The notes under the pieces are model-generated. The model was not told where the DNA came from. It worked only from the letters and a program-made list of their open reading frames with translations, and did no database searches. A DNA stretch of 64,000 nt, taken from positions 224,001-288,000 of the forward strand of contig OZ250150.1 in assembly GCA_965237675.1 (NCBI GenBank). The letters run 5' to 3'. Positions 1 through 9,989 of the stretch are shown piece after piece. This DNA is from Candidatus Latescibacterota bacterium (GTDB taxonomy: Bacteria > Latescibacterota > UBA2968 > GCA-2709665). Within the stretch, counting starts at the first letter, position 1, and each line of letters starts with the position of its first letter. The translations under genes and the position numbers were made by a program.

Positions 1-4
1 GAAT

Positions 5-706
5 GTGCGGCATGCGCTGTCGGGCGGCAACGGAAACGCCACTGTGGACCTCAGACAGGCGCTTTTTCTCTTCGATTCCGATTGGGATACCGTCCGGCAC
101 AACGTCGTAAGCGTGGATCGGATGCCACGGGTCGAGTATGAATCCCCGGAAGAGGGCTTCCTGTTGGCCGCGGAACGCATGATCCTTGAACCGGGGATGT
201 ATTTTCTGGCGGGCGAAGCCGAAGATCGGTCGACGAGGCGGGTGGGCACGTTTCGGGAGCCGTTGGAGGTAAGGTCTTTCGGGCAGGACACTCTGGAGAT
301 CAGCAGCCTGTTGATGGCACGGCGCATTCAGGCGCGGGAGAACGCGCCATACGGCCGGGCGCAGTTTCTGGTTCTGCCGAATCCATTGCAGGTGTGCCGC
401 CGCAAAGGGCACGCGTGGTTCTACTTTGAGATCTACAATCTGGCGCGGGACCCCTTTGGGGCTACCCACTACCGGATCAGCTATCAGATGCAGGTGCTTC
501 CGGATGACGGGGTGGTCGACTCCACGGTGGCGTGGACGACGGCCGTTTCGTACTCGTACCGGGGCGGCCGCGAATGGGAGCCCCGCTTTCTGCGGGTCGA
601 TATGGACGGCGCAACGCCGGGGTTACGTGCCTTTCAAGTGGTTGTGGAGGATTTGCAGAACGGTCGGGAGGCGCTTTCGGAGACAGGATTCAGGATAAGA
701 TGGTAG
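5..706 (+). CDS. C-terminal part of a GWxTD-domain-family protein (5' end outside window)
   Basis: Open from the window edge. The motifs ISSLLMA..., LVLPNP..., FYFEIYNL and the terminal beta-sandwich 'PGLRAFQVVVED' resemble GWxTD protein C-termini. Confidence 0.6.
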   Translation: MRHALSGGNGNATVDLRQALFLFDSDWDTVRHNVVSVDRMPRVEYESPEEGFLLAAERMILEPGMYFLAGEAEDRSTRRVGTFREPLEVRSFGQDTLEISSLLMARRIQARENAPYGRAQFLVLPNPLQVCRRKGHAWFYFEIYNLARDPFGATHYRISYQMQVLPDDGVVDSTVAWTTAVSYSYRGGREWEPRFLRVDMDGATPGLRAFQVVVEDLQNGREALSETGFRIRW

Positions 707-751
707 CCGGGATCCCTCATACCACACCCGCCCGAGGGCTGAAGCCGCGCA

Positions 752-797
752 AACAGAAGGGGGCCAGGGCAGTTACCCTGGTCCCCCTTCCTCTGTT
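752..797. terminator. GC-rich hairpin between convergent genes, probable bidirectional terminator
   Basis: gaagggggccaggg-cagtta-ccctggtcccccttc stem, extended by aacag/ctgtt, lying between two stop codons. Confidence 0.6.
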
Positions 798-831
798 ACA
801 GCGAGCCATTTGACGCCGTCGCCTGGCCGGG

Positions 832-3234
832 CTATTCCAGGGCGGCGATTGTCCCCGGCGGGATTTGCGTTTCAGCGCCATTGTGTGTCACCTGAGCCAG
901 GGCAGTGCCCGTGTTTCTGGCCCACACCACGCCGGTCTCGGCGGCGTTGATTTCAAGCGCGCCCTCTGTGGTGATGTTCAGGAGCGCTTCCTGCAGAAGG
1001 GCTTCGCCCGCTCCGAGAGTTCGCGCATAGGCGACCCCGTCCTCCGTTACGGACGTAACGCCCCCAAAAATAGGAATGTCGGAAAGTTCTGAGCGCTGCG
1101 CCGTAAAGGTAAACGCGGTGGCTCTGTCGCCGAAGTTCGCCACGGCCAGGTGATTGTCCGCGAGAAGGCCAATGGCGGATCGTTCAGTTTGCATAATCAC
1201 AAAGTCGATACCTGCCGTATTGCGATGGCTGCGATCCGGGGCGATGAGCGCAGTGAGTTCGGAAATAGTCTTGCCGGAGGTTACCTGAACGGGTTCGTCG
1301 ACCCGGCTGAGGGTGACGTCATCGGCCACGGCGCGCCAGACCTGGTAAAAGTGACGGTTGCGGTAGACGGTTTTCCCGGTACCCGTGTAGACGATACCCA
1401 GGCGGTTGTCGATGTTGAGCCACGCCGGATGATCGTAGGTCTTGACGTCGTCGCTGTCGGGATCCCTCGTGACGTAACTCCTGAAGCGATCCGAACCGCC
1501 CGGCGTGTGGACGTTACGGTAGCCGTTGCAGTTTCCCTTCAGGGCGTTGAAGTCTTCATTGACGATGCGCAGGAAACCCTGGTCGACACTCTGAACGGTA
1601 ATATTCTCTCTGGCCGTGAGCCGTTCGCAGGAAAGGGAGATACCGGAGGGCAGGCCCGCAAAGAGCACTTCCTGGCGTACCGAACCCTGGGCGCGGTTCA
1701 GGATCAGCGCGGCGGCAAAACCTTCCTGATGTTCGTCCACTCGAACGGAGATCAGGTCGTGGCTGTCGGGCCTGTCCTGAACATCGATGCTGGCCAGAAA
1801 CGAATTTGACGCCGGCGCGACCGTGTAGAGGCCGTCCTTGTTCAACGGCAGCACCATGATGTCGTTTCGCCACGAGAGTGAAGTTTGACCGGTGCGATGT
1901 CTCTGAAAGACGAAACCGGATTGGGGATAGACCTTAACGCCCCTCAGGCTGCGTTCGACACGCGACGAGGGTGCAGGATCCGGTCCGTCGCCGAAGATCC
2001 TGTGGAAGAAATAGGTGTGGGCGGGATTGACGATGTTGTGTTCCCGGATGATAAGCGGATCCTGGGGTCCATGCACCATCTCGGCGATCTGTTGATCGTG
2101 CACGCGCCCGCCGGCGCTTTCCGCGCGCTGTTCCAGGGTCTCAAGCGCCTGGCGTTCGAAATACGCGGCGTCCGGGTCGTTCAGGAACAGGGCGGCCGTC
2201 GCATGGGTGAGCGTGCCCGGGTCGGGCGAGAGATACGGCCAGTCCATGCCCTGCACGGGATGCATCGAGCCGGTCCGGTCCGTGGTACGTTTGAGTTGGT
2301 CGTAGATTTCCTTCCGGTTGAATAGGCCATGTACCGGAACCTCCGCGCCGAACGCCCCGTAGATGATGCCGAGCCGCCCCAGGAACATAACCGAACTGCC
2401 GGTGTAGCTGGGATGCACCATGCCGTGGTTCTCGGCCATATAGTCCGGCAACGTGGTGAAAGTCTGGCCGGTGAGTTCCCGAACGGTCTGACCGTTTGAA
2501 AACGGCGCAAAGTTCTTCGTGTCCTGCTGGGTTGTGGCCGTGGAGAACATCCAGCGGCGGGCCGTCTCGGCCCAGGATTTGACGTGGGGCGAGTTGCTCA
2601 GGAAGCACTCAACGGAGGCCAGGCCGCAGGATGTCCAGCCGTTTTCTTCCATTTGCGTATTGGTAAAAACGCCGCTCTTGGGCGCCATGGCTCCGAACCT
2701 CTCGGCATAGTCCTCGTGCATGCGCGCGATCATACCCCACGTCTCGTCGTCGACCATTCCGCCCAGCAAGAGGGCGATGAGGCCGACGTCGGAAAGATTC
2801 GTTCCGCACTGGCTCTCGGGGAAAAACCCCCGGCCGCGTTCGCCCCACTTGGTGCCCCAGGTTCTGGGATTGCCCAGGCTCTTTTCGGGCCGTATACAGT
2901 CGGCAGGACCCGTGTCGTGGGTATAGCAGAGATAACGGATGCCCTTCAGCGCGATCTCCCGGAGTTCCTTCCTGGAGCAGCCGGTCCGTTTCGCGTCGTA
3001 TTCGGGCGAATTCGCGAGCGCGGCAAATACGAAGGCCGGTCCGGCCGTGTCGCTGCCGTACCAGTGGGCGCCGCCGAAAAAATGCCCGCAATTGGGACGG
3101 TCCGGCCAATCTTCGAAATAATCGAGGCCTATGGGTACCCAGTTCTCCAGGATGCGCTTATAACGCCTGCTCAGCGGGGTTTCCATGGCAGGCACGGACG
3201 TCCGCCGGCGGTTGGTTAGAATTTCAGGGAGCAT
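832..3234 (-). CDS. Large hypothetical protein (800 aa), possibly helical-toroid plus beta-sandwich, lyase-like
   Basis: Long ORF with ATG and an AAGGAG RBS. Helical N-half with MEENGW and ENHG.VHPSY motifs; beta-rich C-half. Function not assignable. Confidence 0.7.
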   Translation of the reverse strand: MLPEILTNRRRTSVPAMETPLSRRYKRILENWVPIGLDYFEDWPDRPNCGHFFGGAHWYGSDTAGPAFVFAALANSPEYDAKRTGCSRKELREIALKGIRYLCYTHDTGPADCIRPEKSLGNPRTWGTKWGERGRGFFPESQCGTNLSDVGLIALLLGGMVDDETWGMIARMHEDYAERFGAMAPKSGVFTNTQMEENGWTSCGLASVECFLSNSPHVKSWAETARRWMFSTATTQQDTKNFAPFSNGQTVRELTGQTFTTLPDYMAENHGMVHPSYTGSSVMFLGRLGIIYGAFGAEVPVHGLFNRKEIYDQLKRTTDRTGSMHPVQGMDWPYLSPDPGTLTHATAALFLNDPDAAYFERQALETLEQRAESAGGRVHDQQIAEMVHGPQDPLIIREHNIVNPAHTYFFHRIFGDGPDPAPSSRVERSLRGVKVYPQSGFVFQRHRTGQTSLSWRNDIMVLPLNKDGLYTVAPASNSFLASIDVQDRPDSHDLISVRVDEHQEGFAAALILNRAQGSVRQEVLFAGLPSGISLSCERLTARENITVQSVDQGFLRIVNEDFNALKGNCNGYRNVHTPGGSDRFRSYVTRDPDSDDVKTYDHPAWLNIDNRLGIVYTGTGKTVYRNRHFYQVWRAVADDVTLSRVDEPVQVTSGKTISELTALIAPDRSHRNTAGIDFVIMQTERSAIGLLADNHLAVANFGDRATAFTFTAQRSELSDIPIFGGVTSVTEDGVAYARTLGAGEALLQEALLNITTEGALEINAAETGVVWARNTGTALAQVTHNGAETQIPPGTIAALE

Positions 3235-3360
3235 ATCATCTCCTTTTCGGTGTTGACTGCACGAGAGGGGTAAGGCTTCAGTGAAAAACCGGATCTCTGC
3301 TCGAATAACTCCGGATAACCGGCCGCGATTCGATCCAGGGTCTCCATCTCAGGTCCGTAC

Positions 3361-3780
3361 TCACGTCTCCGGGTTCCGTCCTAAGATCTTGTCGATTAAT
3401 GACCTCCGTGAAAGTCGTTCCACTGCGTTTCGAGTGCTTCGGATTTCCGACGAAAGTTCGTCGACGACGCCGAGCTTTTCATGGATTCGAGCGAGCGCTT
3501 CCTCAATCGCCGTGAGCCTTTCGCCGACCTGCAATGGTTCGGTGCGTTGCAAGAGTTCAACGGCATTCTGGAACGCTGAAAGGGCACTATTCAGCGAATC
3601 AATCGCGTCTCTCGCCACAGAGGCGAGATCCGAGACGATGACATTGGCTTCACCGAGCCCTCTGCCTGCGTTGGCAAGAGAATGTTGGAGCGCATCGAAC
3701 TTTTCGAGACGCTGCACCACCTCCGTGGCTCGACGTTCGGTTTCACTGAGCCGTTCCTGTAGATCTTCCAATATATCCAT
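3361..3780 (-). CDS. Hypothetical coiled-coil protein (139 aa)
   Basis: ATG directly abuts the TAA of the upstream helicase gene; heptad-like L/E/R-rich sequence. Confidence 0.7.
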   Translation of the reverse strand: MDILEDLQERLSETERRATEVVQRLEKFDALQHSLANAGRGLGEANVIVSDLASVARDAIDSLNSALSAFQNAVELLQRTEPLQVGERLTAIEEALARIHEKLGVVDELSSEIRSTRNAVERLSRRSLIDKILGRNPET

Positions 3781-6700
3781 TTACGCTCCCAATGCCTTTG
3801 CCACGCCGGGCGCCTCATATTGGCTGGCCACCCGGTCAGCTATCTGATTCAACCGATCGACAACGTTGCGAACCCTTCGGATCGCAATTACGGCGCGGAC
3901 GCGGGGATCGTCAAGGTCGCCCGTACGCTGAGACACCCGCCTTTCCAGGTATGCGAAGTCCGGCGCCGCATCGGCAAGATCGAGCAGCGCAACCGTGAGG
4001 GGCGGCCCGAGATCACCGGCGCGGGTTGACGCGAGGTCGTACATCTCGTCGATGGCCGCCTCGATATCCGTCCGCGAGATCCCATATTTTTCAACGCCGC
4101 CGCGGATCGCTGCGCCGATTCCCCTGGCGCTGACGGTTTCATCGTGATCCGAACACATCGACTCTGAAAGCGCGCGAGCCAGAAGAAGCCCGGGGTGGTC
4201 CGGGTCGGACTCGAGCGCGCGAATGCACAGACCACGAAGCTCGCCCGCGTCCATCACCGTCTGCACTTTGGAAACAAGATTCCACCACGAGGACAACTCG
4301 ACATCCTCACTCTTTAGCAGTCTTTCAATGTGCTCTGCGCCAAAGCCCTCCTGAAGGTAGTCGAGCAGCCGTGTACGAATTTCCGCGTCGTCTCGCGCCT
4401 GACGTGCCAGTAACAGGGCCTCCCTGATCATACCCCGCCGCGAACGTTCGACGAGGTCGTACGTGAACTCGATCAGTATCGTGACCAGCGCAAGCACCGC
4501 GTCTCTCGGTCGGCAAGTGCCGATCCTATCAACGCTTCGGACGATCGACTTGCTCCTTCCGGGTTGGGCCGAGCGAACGAATTCAAGCAGCCTGTTCTTA
4601 CAGCGATCGAAATCGAACGCCTCCGCATGAAGCACAAACTTGCGGGATCCGAAGTCGACCTCATAGTCGTCAATCACGCCAAGCCTGAGGAGCCGGTAGA
4701 CGGCCTTCTCCCCTCTGATGCGGTTGTCACCGTAGGGTCGTTCGATTCGTTGTCTGGAAGAGAGATCGCCCAGCGCATTCAAAAGATCGGTCACATCATC
4801 GATTTCCCGAGCCGCCCCACTGAACGCCTGCAGGTGAAACCACAATGCCCGGGTGATGTCATCCGCCGTCTGGCGGTTTCCTTCAATCGCTATAAATTTG
4901 CTGCGAAGCGCCTCCAGGTCGAGATCGGGATCGATCAACTCCGAGGAACGACTCGAGTCGTATTCCGAAAACACCACTGTCGCGCGTGCGAGTTTTCGAT
5001 CCCGCCCCGCGCGGCCGGCTTCCTGGTAGAAGCTCTCGAGCGACATCGGCATCCCGAAATGCACCGTATACCGGATATTCGGTTTGTCGATCCCCATCCC
5101 GAACGCTTTGGTCGCGACGAGCACGGGCACGCGATTGGCTTTGAAATCCGCCGCATTCTCACGCTTCTCCACGTCCCATTTCCCGGCATCCACGGACCCC
5201 GGCGGGTTGCCTGAGTATAACGTGACTTCCGCACCCGTAGCCTGCCGCACGATACTGCGCGCATCCTGTATCCCGTAAGTACGGGCATTGACCGTTGGGA
5301 CGAAGACGATTCCCGAAGCGGTATGGGCGCCCGAGGGTCGGTAGAACTCCGCCCGGGGCAACCCGAATTTTCCCGGCAGTGCGTTCAGCACGCCGCGCAG
5401 CGCCGCCTTAGGTTCCTCCGTCGGCGAGGTGCGCACGATCTCGAAGCGAATCTCGGAGCGATCGAAGGACGCCGGTCGAATTAATGCGTCCGATCGGTTC
5501 CTGTCGATGCCCAGGTCGGCAAGCATGTCCCGTAAGACCGCCCGCGAGGCGGTTCCCGTGAGGGCCAGCAGCGGCGGCGGCCGGCGTTCGCGATCCGCGC
5601 CGAGCCGTCTCAGGTTGTTCGCGAGGTTCAGGTACGCGGGACGGAAATCGTGTCCCCACTCCGATACGCAATGCGCTTCATCGATAACCGCAAGGTTGAC
5701 CGGCGCGCACTCCACCAGCGCACGGAGCGCCGCCCGAAACTGTGGCGACTGAAGCCGTTCGGGCGCGTGAAGCACGAACAGGTACTCGCCGCGTTCGATC
5801 CGCTGGAGCAGGCGTTCACGTTCCTCGCGCGTGGAGAGTTGGCCGGTAATCGAAACCGCCCGATCGATTCCGTAGGACCTCAGAACCTCGACCTGGTCTT
5901 CAATCAACGCGGTTATGGGATCGACCACCAGCGTTACGCCAGGCATCAGGAGCCCGGCGAGTTGATAGATGATACTCTTGCCCCCGCCGGTCTGAAGCAG
6001 CACGACGCTGTCTTTCTGTCGCAACACATTGAAGATGGCCTGCCCCTGCATCGGGCGGAAATCTTTCTTGCGAAATATGTTCCGGAGGAACATCCGGAGC
6101 GGTGCGTGAGCTTCTTCGTAGGTCGACACCGCGGTCCCTCGCCGGCGCAGGTCGAACGACTGCCCGGCCGCGATCAATGCCGGGACGTACACCGGGCGAA
6201 TGACGAAATCCCGCCCCTCGTGCCTGACCCGATGAAACGGGCTCATTGTGGACTCGATGGCAATGCTCAACCGGTCCACGGGTGCGTCGATCAGGGTGGT
6301 CTCCACCCACCGGCCGGCGTCGCCGCGCATCCACGTCTTGTGAAACCCGTCGTCCGCGCGCACGGAACATCGGGTTGGGACCGAACAACCACCATACAGA
6401 ATATCGATGCCCGCCAGCAACCGAAGCGCATCCAGCACCGCGGCCGCGGCCGGGGCTCCGGCCCCTTGTATGTCAATATCCCAGCTGCCGCCCGGCGTCA
6501 GCCACCCGTATTCCAGCGCGCGGGCGATCGCGAACTGTACCTTCGCTGCTGTTGCGCAATCCAGAACAAGCGAGGCAACGGCCCTTTCTTCACCGGCGGC
6601 CAGGCCGAATGCCGTCAGAGCCATCTTGCATCGACCGCGTATCTCATCCAGCATGGCGCCCTGGCCACTCAGCACTTCCGCGTTGGTGATCCGTAGAACG

Positions 6701-7656
6701 TCAATCCCGATCGAGCGCAGCGCCTCATCCCGCGCTTCGTCCACCGCGGTCGCTCCCTGGTGTTCCGGACCGTCGATTTCGATTGCGAAAGGTGATCCGC
6801 CCGGGTGGCTGAAGAGGAAATCGGCACGCCGGGCGCCGCTGCCATATCCGCCTGCGGACTCAACCAGCCTGTCCAGTGGCGCCTGCGGCGTGAGCCAGTG
6901 GCCGGCTGCGGGCCCGAGCGCCGTGGGCACCCATTGGTTGAGGAACCAGGCTTCCGCCTGGCTTTGCAGCAGCATTTCGTCCGAACCGGGATCGAAGTCG
7001 AAAGCAGGTTCGAGGATAAAGGGGACTCTTTGAGTGACACTTGAAAGGACGGTCTCGGTTGTCAAACGCAGTGACGCGCCTGGCCGCGGCTCCCAACCGA
7101 CATCCGTCCCATCTTCGCCGATCTCGCTCACCCTATCCAGAAGACCGAGGGAACGCAGCGCTTCGCGTTCGACATTCAGGGTCGCCAGGGGCGTATGGCC
7201 GCGGCGCAGCAACTTGAGAAGCAGTCCGGTTGCTAAGCGGACGTGCTCAGCCGCCTCTCCGCGCTCCCGGCTTCTGCGGGAAAGCAGCACGCACTGGCTG
7301 AGCGCACGCTTCAATAGTCCGTCCTGCAGGAGCCGATCCTGAAGGATTCCGGGCACTGCCCCGACAGACACGTACTCGGGGATGAAATCGGTGCGCCGCA
7401 CGCCTTCGATCCATTCGACGGGTAGCAAGGCGTCCGGCAACAACCGGGTCTGGCGGGAGGGTTCAGCCGGTTCCCCTTTGTCTCCAACGTTTCGGGTACC
7501 GCGACACCTCGGAAACTTCGTGCAGCCCCAGAACTGTTCGCCCGGGTTTCGACCCCGCTTCGCCGTGCGAAGCGCCATTGGAGCACCGCAGGAAGGACAC
7601 CGGGGCGATTCAGACTGGGAGATCGATCTATTCATATCGGCTTTCGTGCCGAGCAT
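3781..7656 (-). CDS. RecQ-family DEAH helicase fused to an N-terminal topoisomerase-type Zn ribbon and a DUF559/Vsr-like endonuclease domain
   Basis: CPSCG...FWGCTKFPRC Zn ribbon; RADF...AIEIDGPEH...DEARDEAL...VLRITN nuclease motif; TGGGKS, IDEAHCVSEWGHDFRPAY, ALTGTA, ATKAFGMGIDKPNIR and YQEAGRAGRD RecQ motifs. Confidence 0.9.
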   Translation of the reverse strand: MLGTKADMNRSISQSESPRCPSCGAPMALRTAKRGRNPGEQFWGCTKFPRCRGTRNVGDKGEPAEPSRQTRLLPDALLPVEWIEGVRRTDFIPEYVSVGAVPGILQDRLLQDGLLKRALSQCVLLSRRSRERGEAAEHVRLATGLLLKLLRRGHTPLATLNVEREALRSLGLLDRVSEIGEDGTDVGWEPRPGASLRLTTETVLSSVTQRVPFILEPAFDFDPGSDEMLLQSQAEAWFLNQWVPTALGPAAGHWLTPQAPLDRLVESAGGYGSGARRADFLFSHPGGSPFAIEIDGPEHQGATAVDEARDEALRSIGIDVLRITNAEVLSGQGAMLDEIRGRCKMALTAFGLAAGEERAVASLVLDCATAAKVQFAIARALEYGWLTPGGSWDIDIQGAGAPAAAAVLDALRLLAGIDILYGGCSVPTRCSVRADDGFHKTWMRGDAGRWVETTLIDAPVDRLSIAIESTMSPFHRVRHEGRDFVIRPVYVPALIAAGQSFDLRRRGTAVSTYEEAHAPLRMFLRNIFRKKDFRPMQGQAIFNVLRQKDSVVLLQTGGGKSIIYQLAGLLMPGVTLVVDPITALIEDQVEVLRSYGIDRAVSITGQLSTREERERLLQRIERGEYLFVLHAPERLQSPQFRAALRALVECAPVNLAVIDEAHCVSEWGHDFRPAYLNLANNLRRLGADRERRPPPLLALTGTASRAVLRDMLADLGIDRNRSDALIRPASFDRSEIRFEIVRTSPTEEPKAALRGVLNALPGKFGLPRAEFYRPSGAHTASGIVFVPTVNARTYGIQDARSIVRQATGAEVTLYSGNPPGSVDAGKWDVEKRENAADFKANRVPVLVATKAFGMGIDKPNIRYTVHFGMPMSLESFYQEAGRAGRDRKLARATVVFSEYDSSRSSELIDPDLDLEALRSKFIAIEGNRQTADDITRALWFHLQAFSGAAREIDDVTDLLNALGDLSSRQRIERPYGDNRIRGEKAVYRLLRLGVIDDYEVDFGSRKFVLHAEAFDFDRCKNRLLEFVRSAQPGRSKSIVRSVDRIGTCRPRDAVLALVTILIEFTYDLVERSRRGMIREALLLARQARDDAEIRTRLLDYLQEGFGAEHIERLLKSEDVELSSWWNLVSKVQTVMDAGELRGLCIRALESDPDHPGLLLARALSESMCSDHDETVSARGIGAAIRGGVEKYGISRTDIEAAIDEMYDLASTRAGDLGPPLTVALLDLADAAPDFAYLERRVSQRTGDLDDPRVRAVIAIRRVRNVVDRLNQIADRVASQYEAPGVAKALGA

Positions 7657-7671
7657 CCCGAAAAGGAGGAG

Positions 7672-8334
7672 TCAATACGCGCGGACACCTGTCCTCTCGC
7701 CGATCCAATCGATCATGGCACCGAATGTGGGACATTGGTCCGCGATGTCGTGCAGGTCTGCGTTTTTCAGGATGGCATAACTATCCGTATTTTCGCGATA
7801 GGACCGTTTGAGATGTCTCTGGAAGAGTCCCTCAACGATTCTCTTCGGCGGTCTGTCTTGATTCTGTTTTTCGGGAGGTCGGCGCCAGCCGCGGGGTTCG
7901 TTCGTCATTCTAAGGCGTGACCCAAGTTGACTCGTTGCCGCAAGGAGCAACACTTCCATGTCATATTTAAAAGCACTGGCATAAAAACGTGCGAAATGAC
8001 TGTTGAAATCAGCCTTGCTAACCACCCGCTGCAGATTCCGCCCTACGAGTCGGGTTTGGATGTCCCTTAGTTCCTCCAAATCACCGTGCTCGTATTCCGT
8101 GGCAAATCCTCGATTCGGGTATAGGTCCGGTAAGCCTACAACCAGGTCTCTGGGATTGTTTGCCAGTTTCTCAGTCGCTCGTGCGCCGATCTTTCTCAGA
8201 TATTTTTGTTTGTTGTTCAGGGAAATCAGCTTAACGCCCCAACCCTCGTGACCAAGCTGCCGTTTCCAACCGCTCAACAACGCCGATAGTGCCTGTTCGT
8301 CCGAGTTCCCCTCCACAAAAATCCACACCTTCAT
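7672..8334 (-). CDS. DUF4276-like TOPRIM-fold protein
   Basis: N-terminal 'IFVEGNSD' TOPRIM-type motif, 'LPDLYP', C-terminal 'CPTF'; ATGA overlap with the upstream ATPase. Confidence 0.75.
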   Translation of the reverse strand: MKVWIFVEGNSDEQALSALLSGWKRQLGHEGWGVKLISLNNKQKYLRKIGARATEKLANNPRDLVVGLPDLYPNRGFATEYEHGDLEELRDIQTRLVGRNLQRVVSKADFNSHFARFYASAFKYDMEVLLLAATSQLGSRLRMTNEPRGWRRPPEKQNQDRPPKRIVEGLFQRHLKRSYRENTDSYAILKNADLHDIADQCPTFGAMIDWIGERTGVRAY

Positions 8335-9623
8335 GCGCCGGCCTCCAGTTCGCCGGAGCGGTGGAGGTCTCCAAGGGTTTCGCCTGTAACGTTCTTAAGC
8401 ATCTCCACAAGCGTCTTCCGGTTCGCCGGGCGGTGCCATGCTACCTTTGCGTCGTCTTCGCTCCGCGCCATCACGGCTACGTCGTCAATATCGAAGCGGT
8501 TGAGCAAATCCGGGCTGTGAGTCGTCACCAGCACCTGGGTGCGTTCCGCGGCTGTCTTGATCATTTCGGCGACGACCGGCAACAGCCCGGGATGCAAACC
8601 CAATTCGGGTTCGTCAATTGCTACCATCATGCGAGGCGCCGGAGTCAATAGAGCCGTCGCCAGGCAGAGGAATCTCAGCATGCCATCTGAAAGATCCCAC
8701 AGATTCATGGACCGGTGCATGCCCTTCTCGCGCACGCCGACGAGCACTTGCGGCGGCGTTCCATAGGTAGTGTCGCAATGTATCTCCTCAAATGCCGGGT
8801 AAGCTACGCGCAGGAATTCGCGCAGCTCCTCTGCCGATGACCGGTAGTCATATCGAGTCAGGATTTCGTGCAGCACGGTCCCGAGATTGCCGCCATTGCT
8901 TGACAATGTTGTAACTGGTAAAATGTCGGCGGCCTTGGTGCGAAGCGAGGAAGACCGTGTCATATCGAAACCGGGGTAGAACGCCATATGTGCCAACAAA
9001 ACCCGAACGGAAGAGGGAACAGGAAACTCGTTGAAGAACCGAATTTGCGAAAGCAACAAGGCGACTTCCTGTTGTGCCGTCTGGGCAGGAACGCTCGGCA
9101 GAGCAGTTTCCGAAGGATTGGACTCGCGTACAATATCAGTTGACGATTGCGCTTCATCAAACGGTGTAAACTTACCTTGTCTTCTGTCGAATATCTGCCG
9201 GCGGTATGGGGTTGCCTCCAGGAACTTGAAGGGTTCCATATGACCAGGTGCTGGCTCTTGGTTTCTGAGAACCTCGTATCGGGGCTGCATTTGGTTCTGA
9301 GTATCTGGCACTAAAACGACCTCGTACACCAGCGACTTTTCCGCCTCCATGTTCAAAATGCCCCATAGGGTGGGGTCATGAAAAGTGATGTTCCAGGTCA
9401 ACTGCTTGTTAACGTTACCCGAGGAAATGATGGACGCTGCCCCATAGTGCCAGCCAATTGCCGAATTCAGGGGGACCTCGCAACACTCCGCAATCAGTTG
9501 CAGGCAATCGATCAACGTACTCTTACCGACCGCATTTGCGCCGATCACCACGGTGAGCGGTTTTAAGTCCGCTTTGAAGTCGTCGAGAAGCCGGTAGCCC
9601 CCGATCTCAATTTCAGAAATCAT
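8331..9623 (-). CDS. ABC-type (AAA_21/AAA_15-like) ATPase
   Basis: Walker A GANAVGKS, signature LSDGMLR, Walker B AIDEPELGLHP, H-loop VTTHS. Confidence 0.9.
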   Translation of the reverse strand: MISEIEIGGYRLLDDFKADLKPLTVVIGANAVGKSTLIDCLQLIAECCEVPLNSAIGWHYGAASIISSGNVNKQLTWNITFHDPTLWGILNMEAEKSLVYEVVLVPDTQNQMQPRYEVLRNQEPAPGHMEPFKFLEATPYRRQIFDRRQGKFTPFDEAQSSTDIVRESNPSETALPSVPAQTAQQEVALLLSQIRFFNEFPVPSSVRVLLAHMAFYPGFDMTRSSSLRTKAADILPVTTLSSNGGNLGTVLHEILTRYDYRSSAEELREFLRVAYPAFEEIHCDTTYGTPPQVLVGVREKGMHRSMNLWDLSDGMLRFLCLATALLTPAPRMMVAIDEPELGLHPGLLPVVAEMIKTAAERTQVLVTTHSPDLLNRFDIDDVAVMARSEDDAKVAWHRPANRKTLVEMLKNVTGETLGDLHRSGELEAGA

Positions 9624-9989
9624 AGGAAAATACCTTTCGCGTCAATTGTCGACATCGTTACAGTGCGCGGTTCCGGCGGTTGAGTACCTTGCGGGAGAGT
9701 TTGGCATCTGCGTCGCGGCCCTTGGCGCGCTTGATGCAATACATCAAAGGACGATTGCTTACAATTAATGCCCTTCAGACGGTCTGTCAAGGGGCATAAC
9801 ACAGGCAAGGATCGTGCCAGGCGTGGGGGTGAGGTTTTCTCTAGATCATTCATCATGGCACGCCGTAGGGACAGGTTCGGGCCGCTGGAGTTCTGATTCG
9901 ACGTCGTCCGGTCCCGACCAAGCGCGTCAGCAGATGCCGTTGCGGTGAATCGCCGAATCGAAGGGTATCGGCCAGCTACGGTATCCGCT

